Origin: Chloroflexota bacterium
GTDB lineage: Bacteria > Chloroflexota > UBA11872 > VXOZ01
Reading direction: 5' to 3'
DNA: 64,000 bases
NCBI GenBank assembly: GCA_965221905.1
Contig: OZ244922.1
Coordinates: 3,360,001 to 3,424,000, forward strand
Shown here in pieces: positions 50,222-60,826 of this stretch (within the stretch, counting starts at the first letter, position 1; the number at the start of each line of letters is the position of its first letter). The notes beneath the pieces were generated by a model, which had not been told where the DNA came from, searched no databases, and was given only the letters and a program-made list of their open reading frames with translations. A program made the translations under genes and the position numbers.

Positions 50222-50908
50222 TTACCCCAGCATTGCTTTCTTGAACTTCTCCAACGAAAACGCCGGATCGGCGAGGGCCTCGAGGAGTCCGGATTCGTCC
50301 TGGCGGACTTCATCGGCTTTAGCGGCGACTTCGCCTGCGATGGCGGCGGGAATTTGGACGACGCCATTCAGGTCGGCGTGGAGCAAGTCACCTTGGTTGA
50401 CGGTGAGGCCCGCGACGGTCACGGGCGTGGCAAAAGATTCTACCGTTACCTGGCCGTGCGAAACGATCACGCCGGAGGCAAAGTACTGCAAGCCGAGGGC
50501 GCGCACTTCGTTGACGTCGCGCACGGCGCCATCGGTGATTACGCCCACAAATTCGAGGCGCTTGAGCAACGTGCACATGATCTCGCCAAAGAGCGCCGCC
50601 GGCACATCCGGCGAGGCGTCATGGGCCACCATGATGCGCGGCGTGGGCACTTCAGCGGCGTGTTCCAAGGCGTTGACCCACTGCTGGCGCATGGGCGGAT
50701 CCTGCGGCTCACGATTCTTGAATGTAATGGTAAAGGCGTAGCCCACGATTTCACCAAGTTCAGGATAGAGGCAGCGGATAGAGCTATCCATGTATCCCGC
50801 GCGACGGTCGCGTGCGTCGAACTCTTCGATGGCATTTGCAATGGTTGGGCTGTCGATGGCGCGCAGTGCAGCCAGTTGCGCCGTAGTTAAGTGTGCCAAA
50901 TCGGACAA
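50222..50908 (-). CDS. RraA/HMG-aldolase family protein
   Basis: DSPTIANAIE, VGYAFT, FGEIM, TDGAVRD, GDLLHADLNGVV. Confidence 0.85.
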   Translation of the reverse strand: MSDLAHLTTAQLAALRAIDSPTIANAIEEFDARDRRAGYMDSSIRCLYPELGEIVGYAFTITFKNREPQDPPMRQQWVNALEHAAEVPTPRIMVAHDASPDVPAALFGEIMCTLLKRLEFVGVITDGAVRDVNEVRALGLQYFASGVIVSHGQVTVESFATPVTVAGLTVNQGDLLHADLNGVVQIPAAIAGEVAAKADEVRQDESGLLEALADPAFSLEKFKKAMLG

Positions 50909-51042
50909 GGCAAAACTCCTTAGTCGATTGATTGAAATACTTTAGTACACGTAGCGGGCGCTGGCGTGGTCCAATTCTACTTCTAAAATCCCATCGTAAT
51001 TCCACCAAGTGAGTTGGATTGGGCTGAATTGCCAATGATTCA

Positions 51043-51077
51043 CCCTCACCCTTACCCTCTCCCTCAATGGAGAGGGG
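51043..51077. repeat. CCCTCACCC...CCCTCTCCC/GGAGAGGG REP hairpin
   Basis: ccctcacccttaccctctccctcaatggagagggg; matches the reconstructed empty site at 14026-14481. Confidence 0.75.
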
Positions 51078-51168
51078 ATTCTGCGCCTCCGAGCCAAGTC
51101 AAAGTAGGGTCATTCCTGGAAAGGCAAGCTTGTCCGATGGAAATGCGTCGAGCTCGCTCCTATGGTAC

Positions 51169-51951
51169 CTAAGCCAGACAACCATCGAGGAGACGCTGCA
51201 AGCTTGCTCCCGCGATCCCTGCGCGCGCTTTGGCATCTAAACCGCTGTAAGAAAGCGTTGTAATGGGAAGTGAAGGCTCAAAGGTCGGCAGGCCGGTGCC
51301 GAATATGAATCGCTCGGCGCCCCACCGCTCTACGAGTTCCAACAAGGAGCTGTGCCCGCCGAGATATGAGGTCTCGACGTAGAGGTTTGGCGAACGGTCG
51401 AGCAGCGGGAAGAGCACGCGAAAGTCAGCGTGGGACTGGCGCAAGAGGATAACCGGCAGGTCTGGAAATGCGGCCAAGAGCCAGGCAATGAAGTCCCAGT
51501 GGCGCGGCTCGCTATAGTGCGCGTTGTCGAAGTCGAGCAGCATAGGTACTCGCTTCTCGGCGAGCGCCTCCGCGAGTGGTTCGATCACCCACGGTTCCAG
51601 CACGAGAAAATGAGCTACCGGACATAGCCGCGCGGCGCGCGCGCCTGCTGCCAGCAACTGCTCCACCTGTTCCCGTTCCGGCGGTACTTCGCGCGTGGCA
51701 GCGGGCATCACGACCCAACAAGGGGCAAGGCGCGGCTCGTCGGCAATTGCTTGCAGCAACCGCTCGTTGCCGGTCGTGGGATCGTGCCACTTGGCTGCGG
51801 TATGCGTGACCAGCGCTTGCGCAATGTCGTAAGAATCCAGTAGCTCCAGCAATTCCGCGGCGTCCGCAGGCGCCCCCGGTGGGCGGTGTGGGAACGGGCC
51901 AAGCGAAACGTTCACGTCGAAGAGTTTTGGACGCCCATTTGCTTCCGCCAT
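51169..51951 (-). CDS. Amidohydrolase_2-like protein lacking the HxH motif
   Basis: FDVNVSLG in place of DxHxH; NLYVETS, RFIFGTGLP. Confidence 0.8.
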   Translation of the reverse strand: MAEANGRPKLFDVNVSLGPFPHRPPGAPADAAELLELLDSYDIAQALVTHTAAKWHDPTTGNERLLQAIADEPRLAPCWVVMPAATREVPPEREQVEQLLAAGARAARLCPVAHFLVLEPWVIEPLAEALAEKRVPMLLDFDNAHYSEPRHWDFIAWLLAAFPDLPVILLRQSHADFRVLFPLLDRSPNLYVETSYLGGHSSLLELVERWGAERFIFGTGLPTFEPSLPITTLSYSGLDAKARAGIAGASLQRLLDGCLA

Positions 51952-52205
51952 TGCCAGAATCTCCCATTTTGTGATTCAACTTTGTTGCCGGCCTACCCGG
52001 ACGCATCCGGATGAGTGCCCCGCGAACGGCCAAGACACGCTGTATTCTTTTCTCATATGCTAGACTACCCGGCTGCGTTCCGCAGACTTCGCTCGCGTGC
52101 GCAGTCTCCCTCGGTCAAGTGCCTACGCTCTCGCTCTGGTCCCACTTTGCCTTCCTTCGCGTGTAAGGAGAACCTGGTGCAAAGCTTCCGCGCAACCGGT
52201 GGCCG

Positions 52206-54788
52206 TTACATCTTACTGCCACCGGACGCTGCTTGCCTAGCAGATTGGGACTTGGGCGGCAGGCCGCGAAGGTGCAGGAGCGTGCCCGCTAGAAGTGCCA
52301 GCAATCCAAGTGCCGCAAGACGCAACCCGAGTGCAAATCCCGGCGGCGTGTAGCGAATCTCAACCCGCTGCGACTCCGCAGTGATCGGCACCGCCATGCC
52401 GAGCACATTCGCCGGGATGATTTTCGCCGGTTGGCCGTCTACGTGCGCTGTCCACCCATCTAGGGGCGCTTGGAGCCAGACCAGTAGGCCCGCGCCGTCG
52501 GTTCGCACCATAATCTCGGCGTGATGGTTACCCAAATTAGCGACACGCACCGTTGAGCCGGACGGCGTCAGGCGAGAGCCTAATGCAAGGTCTGGCTCGC
52601 GTTCAAGCACAAGCCCCTCCGCGCCGAGGATGGATAACGACTCGTCCAGACCGCCGGCAACCGCGTATTCTCCCGCGAGAAAGAGCAGTGGCGCGGCTTT
52701 TTCAAGTCTATACGTGTACACCGTGATCTGCCCGCCCGTCAGTGGAATGGTCTCCAGTGCAATCAGGGTGAGCAAGGGCGAATCGAGCACTTCCAGGGAT
52801 GTGATGAAGCGCACTCCCAGCTTTGCCAGTACCGGCAGGCGGCTGAGGAAAATCTCGCGTTTTGCGGCAGCATCGCGCGTGGAGTCGCCCACAAAACCGG
52901 GCGTATGGGCTCGTTCGCTCCCAATGAAGTTCAGTACTGCGTCCTGACTAGCCGTCATCAAGTTCTCGTATCCATCCAGGCTCGGAATACCGTACGCAAC
53001 ACTGCGGTTGGGAGCCAGCGCCGCAATGGTTGTCCGGTACTGTAACGAGAAGTAATCAGCGCCTGTGGGATCAAGGCTCTGCGAATTCTCGAGTTCATGG
53101 CGGAGTCCGCCCAGTCGCCATCCGAAGATTCGTCCCGGTGCGGCGTCTGCACGCACGGCCTCCACCGCCGCGGGCAAGGTATTCATGAAGCTGCGCGATA
53201 CGCTGGGCACGAGATTTCGATTGCCCACCAGCAGCGTGCCGGCCGCCACGACGACTACTAAGATGATCGGGAGCATGTGGTTCTGGCGGCGGCGCAGCCA
53301 CAGCAGGGCCAGACCCGCGCCCAGGAGCGAGAGAGCATAGAACGGCACTAGGGGTTCGTCGAGGCGCACCGACCGGCCGACCGCGGCGATCTCGTTCGCC
53401 ATTGTGTTGTAATAGAACGCCGGGCTCTGTAGTTTCGTTGGGTCGGTGAGTACAACGCGGTCGACATACGAACGGCCTGCCGCCGCAATCTGCGTATCGA
53501 ACAGTCTGAAAGCGAGGGTGGCAAGGAGACCGCCAAGCGCGAGAAGAGCGGATAACACAATGAACGCACGCTGGGAATAGCGGACTATGCGTCCCGCAAG
53601 CAGTGTGGTGTCAGCAAACAGCCTATCTACACCAAAGGCCGCGAGCAAGGCGATACTCGCATTCACGGTGACAACGGCGCGATGCGGATCGCGGAAGAAG
53701 CTGAATCCAGGGACCTGCTGGAGAAGGCCGTAGACCGGCGTATACGCGCCAAGTGCCATGATAGCGCTGGCGGTAAATGTGACTACGAAGGCGCGCACCG
53801 GCAAGCTGGACCGCCAGCCGGTAGCGCCGACAATTGCAAAGATAACCGGAAGTGCCCCCACGAATAGCAGCCCTTGCGCGGTGAGCAGACGCGGAATATG
53901 AAAATCGAGAAAGACAAACCCAAGGAGGAAAGACCAAGGCGCCACTGAGACTCCACTAGCAGAATCCCCACCGCTGCGGGCAGATTCCGCAAGCAGCGCG
54001 AGGGTGGGGAGCCAGCGGATTAGGCTAATCGCACCGCCAACTGCGAAAGCAGTTCCGAGCGAGAGTGCAAGGCGCAGACCGTGCAGGCGGCTAAGCCGCA
54101 TCGCCGCTGCGATTCGTGCAAGCGCGTACACTCCCGGCACAGCGAAGAGATAACCAAAGAGTTGTGGGTGACCGCCCAGGAGCGCCAGGGCAATCGTAAT
54201 GCCTAAGAGCGGCCACCCCCACCAGCGCCGGTCGCTGAGACTTTGGACACCCAGCAACGCCAACGGCATCAATGCGATTAGAGGAGAAATATTATCGAAG
54301 TGCAGGGTGCCGAGCGTGAAGGTATTCAGCGCATAGACGCTTCCTCCCAGATAGGCCGCGACCGGACGAATGCCCAACACGCGCAAAAAAGTGTATAGTC
54401 CCAATGCGCCGATGCAGAGGTGGACTATCATTGAGACTGCGTAGCCCGTGGACGAGGGCAGCAGCAGGAGAAAAGGCCAGTGCAACGGGTAAAACCACGA
54501 ATACTCGCTGAAGGCGATGGGAAAGCCCCCCAGGATGTCTGACGTCCAGAAAGGGAATTCGCCGCTGCGAATGTGCTTTGCCAGCCACTCGGCCCAAACC
54601 TGGTGCGCAAGAATCAGGTCGCCATTCAGCCAGTGCTCACCCAGCGCCAGCAGACGCCAAAACGGCCACAGACAAAGGAGCACAAGCGCCACAACGGCGT
54701 AGCGGTCCGCGTTGCCCTTGCCGCTGAGGCGCTGCAGGAGAAGCTCGATTCTTTGCGTCACGAGTGGGAGTGAAGCTGGCTGCCGCAT
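52206..54788 (-). CDS. YfhO family multi-TM protein (GT-C glycosyltransferase-like)
   Basis: GEFPFWT...GGFP, FYP, GGHPQ, FRDPHR, C-terminal GWTAHVDGQ...RVEIRYTP. Confidence 0.82.
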   Translation of the reverse strand: MRQPASLPLVTQRIELLLQRLSGKGNADRYAVVALVLLCLWPFWRLLALGEHWLNGDLILAHQVWAEWLAKHIRSGEFPFWTSDILGGFPIAFSEYSWFYPLHWPFLLLLPSSTGYAVSMIVHLCIGALGLYTFLRVLGIRPVAAYLGGSVYALNTFTLGTLHFDNISPLIALMPLALLGVQSLSDRRWWGWPLLGITIALALLGGHPQLFGYLFAVPGVYALARIAAAMRLSRLHGLRLALSLGTAFAVGGAISLIRWLPTLALLAESARSGGDSASGVSVAPWSFLLGFVFLDFHIPRLLTAQGLLFVGALPVIFAIVGATGWRSSLPVRAFVVTFTASAIMALGAYTPVYGLLQQVPGFSFFRDPHRAVVTVNASIALLAAFGVDRLFADTTLLAGRIVRYSQRAFIVLSALLALGGLLATLAFRLFDTQIAAAGRSYVDRVVLTDPTKLQSPAFYYNTMANEIAAVGRSVRLDEPLVPFYALSLLGAGLALLWLRRRQNHMLPIILVVVVAAGTLLVGNRNLVPSVSRSFMNTLPAAVEAVRADAAPGRIFGWRLGGLRHELENSQSLDPTGADYFSLQYRTTIAALAPNRSVAYGIPSLDGYENLMTASQDAVLNFIGSERAHTPGFVGDSTRDAAAKREIFLSRLPVLAKLGVRFITSLEVLDSPLLTLIALETIPLTGGQITVYTYRLEKAAPLLFLAGEYAVAGGLDESLSILGAEGLVLEREPDLALGSRLTPSGSTVRVANLGNHHAEIMVRTDGAGLLVWLQAPLDGWTAHVDGQPAKIIPANVLGMAVPITAESQRVEIRYTPPGFALGLRLAALGLLALLAGTLLHLRGLPPKSQSARQAASGGSKM

Positions 54789-55002
54789 GTCTGTAATTAT
54801 GACACGATAGATTCAGGAAGTTGAATTAGACCTACCCCTTCATGAGGTTCCGCCGCGTCCGCGCACAGCGCTAAGCGCGCTTTACGGGCAACGAAGGGGT
54901 TTCCCAATACGAGCCTGAACGTTGAGCCGCAGCATTGAGATAGCTTATAGTATTAGTCAGTACAGATGAATAATTGAGATAACGAATTAAGGACCCATTG
55001 CG

Positions 55003-55287
55003 ATGGGAGTGAGAGTATATATTCCGACGCCCTATCGTCGTTTCACCGGCAACCAATCGCGAGTGGAAATTGAAGCGACAACGGTAGAACAGCTTCTCCA
55101 GGAACTGGAGCGACAATTTCCCGGCATCGGCGCACAGATCGCAGACGAAAACGGTGACATTCCCGGCTACCTCAACGTCTACGTAAACACTGAAGAAGTG
55201 CGCACCCTCCAAGGCAAAGACACAGCCCTCGCGGACGGCGACGAAATCTCGGTGATCCCCGCCATGGCGGGGGGAGCAAGAGCGTAG
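55003..55287 (+). CDS. MoaD/ThiS/CysO-like ubiquitin-like sulfur carrier with GG-ARA terminus
   Basis: IPTPYRR, LNVYVN, DGDEISVIPAMAGG followed by ARA. Confidence 0.88.
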   Translation: MGVRVYIPTPYRRFTGNQSRVEIEATTVEQLLQELERQFPGIGAQIADENGDIPGYLNVYVNTEEVRTLQGKDTALADGDEISVIPAMAGGARA

Positions 55288-55593
55288 CATCAGCTATTTG
55301 CTTCCGTTGCGCTTGCACAGAGGCCAATGAATATCGGCTCCAAGTGGATGCTTGTGTGGAGCCATAGCATTCTCGTTCGCTAACCAGAAACGCGTGGATG
55401 TCACTGATTCCTGGTTTGGTGGGCTGCAATTGAAATTCAACTCATGCTTTCGGCCTTTTCTCGCACTGCCTTCTTGTGCAAGGGTTGGCTCCACGTAGAT
55501 CTAATCGACGGCGCTTTGCTATAAAAGACAACCGGCTTCTTGCGGCGCCGCACATCGCTGCTCACTGCTACTTAGACCCACAAGAGACCTGGA

Positions 55594-57879
55594 ATGAGTG
55601 CCAAGGGCTTTAATCCTATGCGCCGACAGTTCTATTCACTCAAGCTGGCGCACGCACTCTTCGTGTCACTGCCAAATTGGATGGCAGCTGGAATAAGTTC
55701 TCTGCGCAATGAGACCGTGAAATGGGCCTTCCTTCTGGGAGGCGCGGCATTTCTGTTGTCATCGCTCTTTGTCTTCCTCGTCGCGCAGCCAACGATCGAT
55801 GTGGTGGATGGCCCAATCTACCACACGATTGGCTACCACTTGGCGCAAGAATTTCAGTACAACGGGGGAGCGTATCCTTATCCGCTCTACCCCATCTTTC
55901 TCGCGGTCATCTATGCGCTGGGGGGAGCCTACTTCGCCGTCTATCTTGTGCAAGGACTGCTTCTTGCTCTAACTGTCGGTCTTAGCTACTGGTTGGCACG
56001 TCACCTGGCCGGCCACGGCGCCGGATTGTTTGCTGCGCTGCTTGTAACGCTCGATGCGACGTTGTTGGGAAACGTCGGACTGATTGCTACCGAGAATCTG
56101 CAAACACCGCTGCTTTTGTTGGCGGTGATTCTTTCTCTTCATTCGTTGGGTCAAGAGAGGGCACGCTACCACATAGGAGCGGGAGTTCTATGGGGTATAG
56201 TGACCCTGGTAAAACCCGCAACGCTTCTCTGGCCGCCTTTACTCTTGCCGGTTTACCTTGTCACTAGAGGTCGCCTCGGATGGCGGCCATGGCTCTTACT
56301 TGTGCTTGCTTTCATGCTGACTCTTTCGCCTTGGCTGCTGCGGAACCAGCTTGCATCGGATGCGACGGAAACGGGCCAATTCTACAATCTCAACAAAGAG
56401 GGCTATTCTACCCTGTTAATGCACATTGCTGACGAAGGTGAGGTGAAGTATGACGCGAATCAGTTGTGGCCAAAGCTACAAGCTATGGTCGAGGAGGCGC
56501 GAGCACAAAGTATTGAGCCCGGATCTACGGAGTTTGAACTCTATACACTGCGTCTACTTTGGCAACGGATTGGGCATTCACCGAGAGCGTATTTCGGGCA
56601 TCTATGGAGTAACTTTTCATACTTCTGGACAGAGCCGCCGATAGTTTGGGTAGTTTCGGTTAACAACCATCGCTTTTTGCATGGGTATCGGCAAACGCCT
56701 GGTTACGGCGAACACGCCCGATTACATATGGCTTTAGCGCTAATGGGGCTTCTCTCAATATTGCTTCTGTACCGACAAAGACCGCGTGCAGCTTTATGTA
56801 TCACAGCCTTTCTCCTCTACTATGCACTCTTTTACACCATGTACATAGTGGAGCCTCGTTTCAGTGTGCCCGTAATGCCACTGACGCTCGTTTGCGCGGC
56901 AGTGTGTCCCACATTGGCGGTCAATGCCCTCAAGGAAAGATTTGAAGGTCTTCGAGTACTTGGCAACGTGTGCTTGGCAGCGATCGCCGTGGGGCTTGTG
57001 ACCGGCGTGGCAGTCCATCAGATTCTGCAAAGACCGAACTATATTCAGGGGGACTCTTTTGAGACACCCCAAGCGGAGGAGGAATGGGTGTTTGTGGAAC
57101 AGCTTGGTGAACCCAGAGCCCCGCTGGTAGTGGATCCTTATCACGCGCGTGATGGCTTTCAGTCTGCCGTGTTGCACATTGGTCCAAATGAGCGTGGTGC
57201 CGAGACACGGTTCTTTCAAGAGGCAATCGTTTGGTTCGATACGAATTATCGGCTTAAGTTTTCCTATCTCGTTACTGAGGGTAAACCGCAGTTTTACGTC
57301 CTGGTGCTGGAATGGGACGCTTTCAAGGAGGGATGGAAGGAGGTGGGGAAGGAATTTCTACCAGTGGTATCGAACATATGGTCGGAGTATGAGTACGAAT
57401 TCGAGGTCAGCGGTTCGGCGCGGATGGTTTCGGTGTTTTTTGGACTATATATCGAGCCGGGCACGGTATTGATAGATAACGTTAGTCTGGAACTAGCCGA
57501 GCCGATCGGCGAGATAGCGCGGCGACAGTATTTATTGACTGATCCGATGACAGTCAATCGGTTTAACTACTTGCCGTTGGAGATGTGGGTAAATACGCAA
57601 CCTGAAGAGAATCGGACCTTCCTGCTCAACAATCCAAATGTCTCACAAGAGAACGGCTGGCGGGGCAGTGATGCGGGACTTGAGAGAGTGCCGTACATTG
57701 TAGGCGCGGTAGTGATGGTAGTTTGGGTCTTTGTGTCGATGCTGTTCATTCGACTGCAGGTGATTAGGTTGATTGTAAATAGGGGGCTGCTGGATTTGGC
57801 CAAGATGGGCGTCATAGTTGTGATAGTGGCAGCACAAGCTGCGACATGTTATCTGCTGCTCTTTAGTCGCCCCCAATAG
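55594..57879 (+). CDS. GT39/ArnT-like membrane glycosyltransferase with CBM-like domain
   Basis: YPLYPIFLA, ATENL, TLVKP, PWLLRN, EPRF; C-terminal NYIQGDSFE...LIDNVSL beta-sandwich pattern. Start uncertain. Confidence 0.75.
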   Translation: MSAKGFNPMRRQFYSLKLAHALFVSLPNWMAAGISSLRNETVKWAFLLGGAAFLLSSLFVFLVAQPTIDVVDGPIYHTIGYHLAQEFQYNGGAYPYPLYPIFLAVIYALGGAYFAVYLVQGLLLALTVGLSYWLARHLAGHGAGLFAALLVTLDATLLGNVGLIATENLQTPLLLLAVILSLHSLGQERARYHIGAGVLWGIVTLVKPATLLWPPLLLPVYLVTRGRLGWRPWLLLVLAFMLTLSPWLLRNQLASDATETGQFYNLNKEGYSTLLMHIADEGEVKYDANQLWPKLQAMVEEARAQSIEPGSTEFELYTLRLLWQRIGHSPRAYFGHLWSNFSYFWTEPPIVWVVSVNNHRFLHGYRQTPGYGEHARLHMALALMGLLSILLLYRQRPRAALCITAFLLYYALFYTMYIVEPRFSVPVMPLTLVCAAVCPTLAVNALKERFEGLRVLGNVCLAAIAVGLVTGVAVHQILQRPNYIQGDSFETPQAEEEWVFVEQLGEPRAPLVVDPYHARDGFQSAVLHIGPNERGAETRFFQEAIVWFDTNYRLKFSYLVTEGKPQFYVLVLEWDAFKEGWKEVGKEFLPVVSNIWSEYEYEFEVSGSARMVSVFFGLYIEPGTVLIDNVSLELAEPIGEIARRQYLLTDPMTVNRFNYLPLEMWVNTQPEENRTFLLNNPNVSQENGWRGSDAGLERVPYIVGAVVMVVWVFVSMLFIRLQVIRLIVNRGLLDLAKMGVIVVIVAAQAATCYLLLFSRPQ

Positions 57880-58118
57880 GCTTCCGAACGAGGGTTGTTT
57901 GAGAAGTGTCATTCATGACAGGTGTCTGCTTCCGGAGCTTCCCCTTCAAAATTCGTCTACTCTCCTAATTGTCCTAGAGTACTGATTCATTCGCTAGCGC
58001 ATCGATTGTTTCGCCGAGACAACGTTGGACAGGCCTCGGCCCTTCTCCTAGAATGGCAAGTGGATCAGCAGATTCCCTATTGCTCGTGTGACAGTTGCAG
58101 GATTTAAGTAGCGCATCG

Positions 58119-59414
58119 ATGATTCCCCGGTATACCCGCCCCGCAATGGGCACAATTTGGTCGGAGGAGCACAAGTTTGCCACCTGGCTCCAGGTAGAGC
58201 TTGCCGTGTGTGAAGCGTGGTCGGAGCACGGTAGGGTGCCGGCAGATGACATGGCGAAGCTACGGAAGGCTCGGCCCCCGTCCATGAAACGCATTGCGGC
58301 GATCGAGCGGGAGATCGACCACGACCTGAACGCTTTTCTCATGGCGGTAGCGGAGCAATTGGGCGACGAGAGCCGGTTTCTCCACCTGGGCTTGACCTCC
58401 TACGACGTGGAAGACACGGCGACCGGTATGCGTTTGCGGGACGCCGCCGATCTGCTGCTGGAAGGTATCGCCGCGCTGACACAAGTGCTGGAAGAAGCAG
58501 CGGTTGCCTACAAAGACGTGCCGCAGATAGGGCGCACCCACGGCGTGCAGGCCGAGCCGATTACGTTTGGCTATAAGCTGCTCGTTTGGGTGGATGAGAT
58601 GCGCCGCAACCGGCGGCGGCTGGAAGTGGCGCGGGCGCAGGTGGCGGTGGGCAAGGTTTCCGGCGCGGTGGGCACCCACGCCAACGTGCCGCCGGAGATC
58701 GAGGACCGCGTGTGCGCCATGCTCGGCCTGGCGGTTGCGCCCACCTCGACGCAGATTATCCAAAGGGACCGCCATGCTGATTTCGTCACCACGCTGGCGG
58801 TGATTGCCGCCTCACTTGAGAAGTTTTCCACCGAAATTCGCAACCTGCAGCGCACCGAGATCTTGGAGGTGGAAGAACCCTTCGAGCGCGGACGCGTAGG
58901 CTCCTCCGCTATGCCGCACAAACGAAACCCCGCCCGCTGCGAGCGTATTTCCGGCCTGGCGCGCTTGATGCGGTCCTATGCGCTCACGGCGCTGGAGAAC
59001 GTGGCGCTCTGGCACGAACGGGACATTACCAACTCCGCTCCCGAGCGCGTCATCCTGCCCGATTCGTGCACTATCCTCGACTATATGCTCGATCTATTCA
59101 CCCGCGTCATGGCGGATCTCCGCGTGTACCCCGAGAATATGGCAAGGAATATCGAGCAGACTCGCGGTCTCGTCTTTAGCGAGGCGGTGCTCTTGGCGCT
59201 GATCGACCACGGACTCACGCGGCAGAATGCCTACGCCATTGTGCAGGAACACGCCACTGCGGCGTGGGAGACGGGCGCGGACTTCGCCGCCCTCCTGAAA
59301 GGCGATCCGCGGGTACGCGTGCACCTGGATGAGGCTGAGATCGACGCGCTCTTTGACGCGCGCCACCACCTGCGCCACATCGATGCGTCATTTGAGCGCA
59401 TGGGGTTGTCCTAG
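58119..59414 (+). CDS. purB: Adenylosuccinate lyase
   Basis: MIPRY, HLGLTSYD, GRTHGVQAEP, SSAMPHKRNP, LWHERD. Confidence 0.95.
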   Translation: MIPRYTRPAMGTIWSEEHKFATWLQVELAVCEAWSEHGRVPADDMAKLRKARPPSMKRIAAIEREIDHDLNAFLMAVAEQLGDESRFLHLGLTSYDVEDTATGMRLRDAADLLLEGIAALTQVLEEAAVAYKDVPQIGRTHGVQAEPITFGYKLLVWVDEMRRNRRRLEVARAQVAVGKVSGAVGTHANVPPEIEDRVCAMLGLAVAPTSTQIIQRDRHADFVTTLAVIAASLEKFSTEIRNLQRTEILEVEEPFERGRVGSSAMPHKRNPARCERISGLARLMRSYALTALENVALWHERDITNSAPERVILPDSCTILDYMLDLFTRVMADLRVYPENMARNIEQTRGLVFSEAVLLALIDHGLTRQNAYAIVQEHATAAWETGADFAALLKGDPRVRVHLDEAEIDALFDARHHLRHIDASFERMGLS

Positions 59415-59487
59415 TAATCGCTGTCGCGCGGGGTAAAGTACTCTGAGTCCGATGCCGCTTGTCGGCCGCGATTGGCGATGGCTTCCC

Positions 59488-59698
59488 GGCGGGGGACAAG
59501 CCTCCGCGCTACGGTCTCAGATACGTCTTTCCCGCGAAAGCAGGAATCCATCTTCTCTGCGCCACCTACCACCGACCCCGGCGGGGGACAAGCCCCCGCG
59601 CTACAGGCTTACTTTGAGTTGAAGTAGCACATCTACCGTTCGTGCTGAGCCTGTCGAAGTACGAACGGCATGACGGGCTCAACACGAGCGGCAAAGTA
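59488..59698. repeat. Mixed REP cluster
   Basis: Two ggcgggggacaagcc(t/c)ccgcgctac copies, one cgtctttcccgcgaaagcaggaatcc and one ccgttcgtgctgagcctgtcgaagtacgaacgg. Confidence 0.75.
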
Positions 59699-59919
59699 GG
59701 CTTGGCACGTACGGCAAGTCAGGCTCAATACGAACGAAAAAAGAACGCGCCAAGAACGGTAAAAAGGCTTCAGCACGCACCGCAACTAGCAACCCACCAA
59801 GAACTGCATGATGGGTTTGACGCGGACTTCAGAATACGGTGTAAAGCCAACGTCAAGAAGGGAACGACCCGAATTGCAAAACGGGAATCACACCCTTAAT
59901 CGGGTCTCCATATCTCGGC

Positions 59920-60714
59920 CTATTCGTCGTGAGGCGCCGGCTCGATGATGGTGCAATAGGCCCCTTGCGGATCGCAGATGAATGCGAATTGCCCCACGCC
60001 ATCCACCGCCATGGCAGGGGAAATCTTTTGCCCGCCGAGGCTTTGCAATTTCTCTAGTGAAGCGTCCAAGTTGGCAACAGCGAGGTAGATAGACCAATTG
60101 GGGGGAATCGGTCCCCATTCCTCCCGAATCGCCATCATGCCCGCAGCCGGTCTATCGCCAAGACTAAACAGATTATACTCGCTGCCGTCGCCGCTCTGCG
60201 TCTTCTCCACCGACCAGCCGAAGAGGCTCGTGTAGAACTGCGCAGCGGCTGCGGTGTCGCGAGTATACAGTTCGTTCCACGCCAGCGCGCCCGGCTCGCC
60301 AAAGACCTCGGCGCCGATCTGGTTGAGAGGCTGCCACACCGAAAACCCGGCGCCGGTGGGGTCCTGGGCGACGAGCAGCCGTCCCGCGTCCATGACGTCA
60401 ACCGGCTCCTGCGCCACCGTGCCGCCCAGCTTCTTGACTGCGGCCGACGTTTCGTCGGCGCTCTCCACCGTGAAGTAGCTCTGCCACACCGGCCGGCCGC
60501 CGGTCATCTGCTTCATCTCTGCCGGCATCGTGTAGAGCGAAAAGACGTTCTTGCCTCGCTTCCGGAGCATGCAGAAATCCACGCCGTTGGGAAGCGGCAT
60601 GACGTTTGCTTCTAGGTCCAGAAACGCCGTATAGAATTGCTTGGAGCCTGCAAAATCGGGCGTTCCCAAATCCGCCCAACTGAACATGCCGGGTTCATGC
60701 TTCGTTACGTCCAT
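59920..60714 (-). CDS. VOC (glyoxalase-like) family protein, two domains
   Basis: PGMFSWADL, WQSYFTV, DPTGA, WNEL, WSIYLAV, DPQGA; GAGG RBS before ATG 60714. Confidence 0.9.
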   Translation of the reverse strand: MDVTKHEPGMFSWADLGTPDFAGSKQFYTAFLDLEANVMPLPNGVDFCMLRKRGKNVFSLYTMPAEMKQMTGGRPVWQSYFTVESADETSAAVKKLGGTVAQEPVDVMDAGRLLVAQDPTGAGFSVWQPLNQIGAEVFGEPGALAWNELYTRDTAAAAQFYTSLFGWSVEKTQSGDGSEYNLFSLGDRPAAGMMAIREEWGPIPPNWSIYLAVANLDASLEKLQSLGGQKISPAMAVDGVGQFAFICDPQGAYCTIIEPAPHDE

Positions 60715-60826
60715 CGTCACCTCGTTTTGGTAGTGCGTGTCACTGTGTGAACTGGTTAATCCCACACAGTATATAGTAGAACCTGAAGATTGAGACGGGC
60801 AACAAGACTGGAGAATTTGGCTCAAT

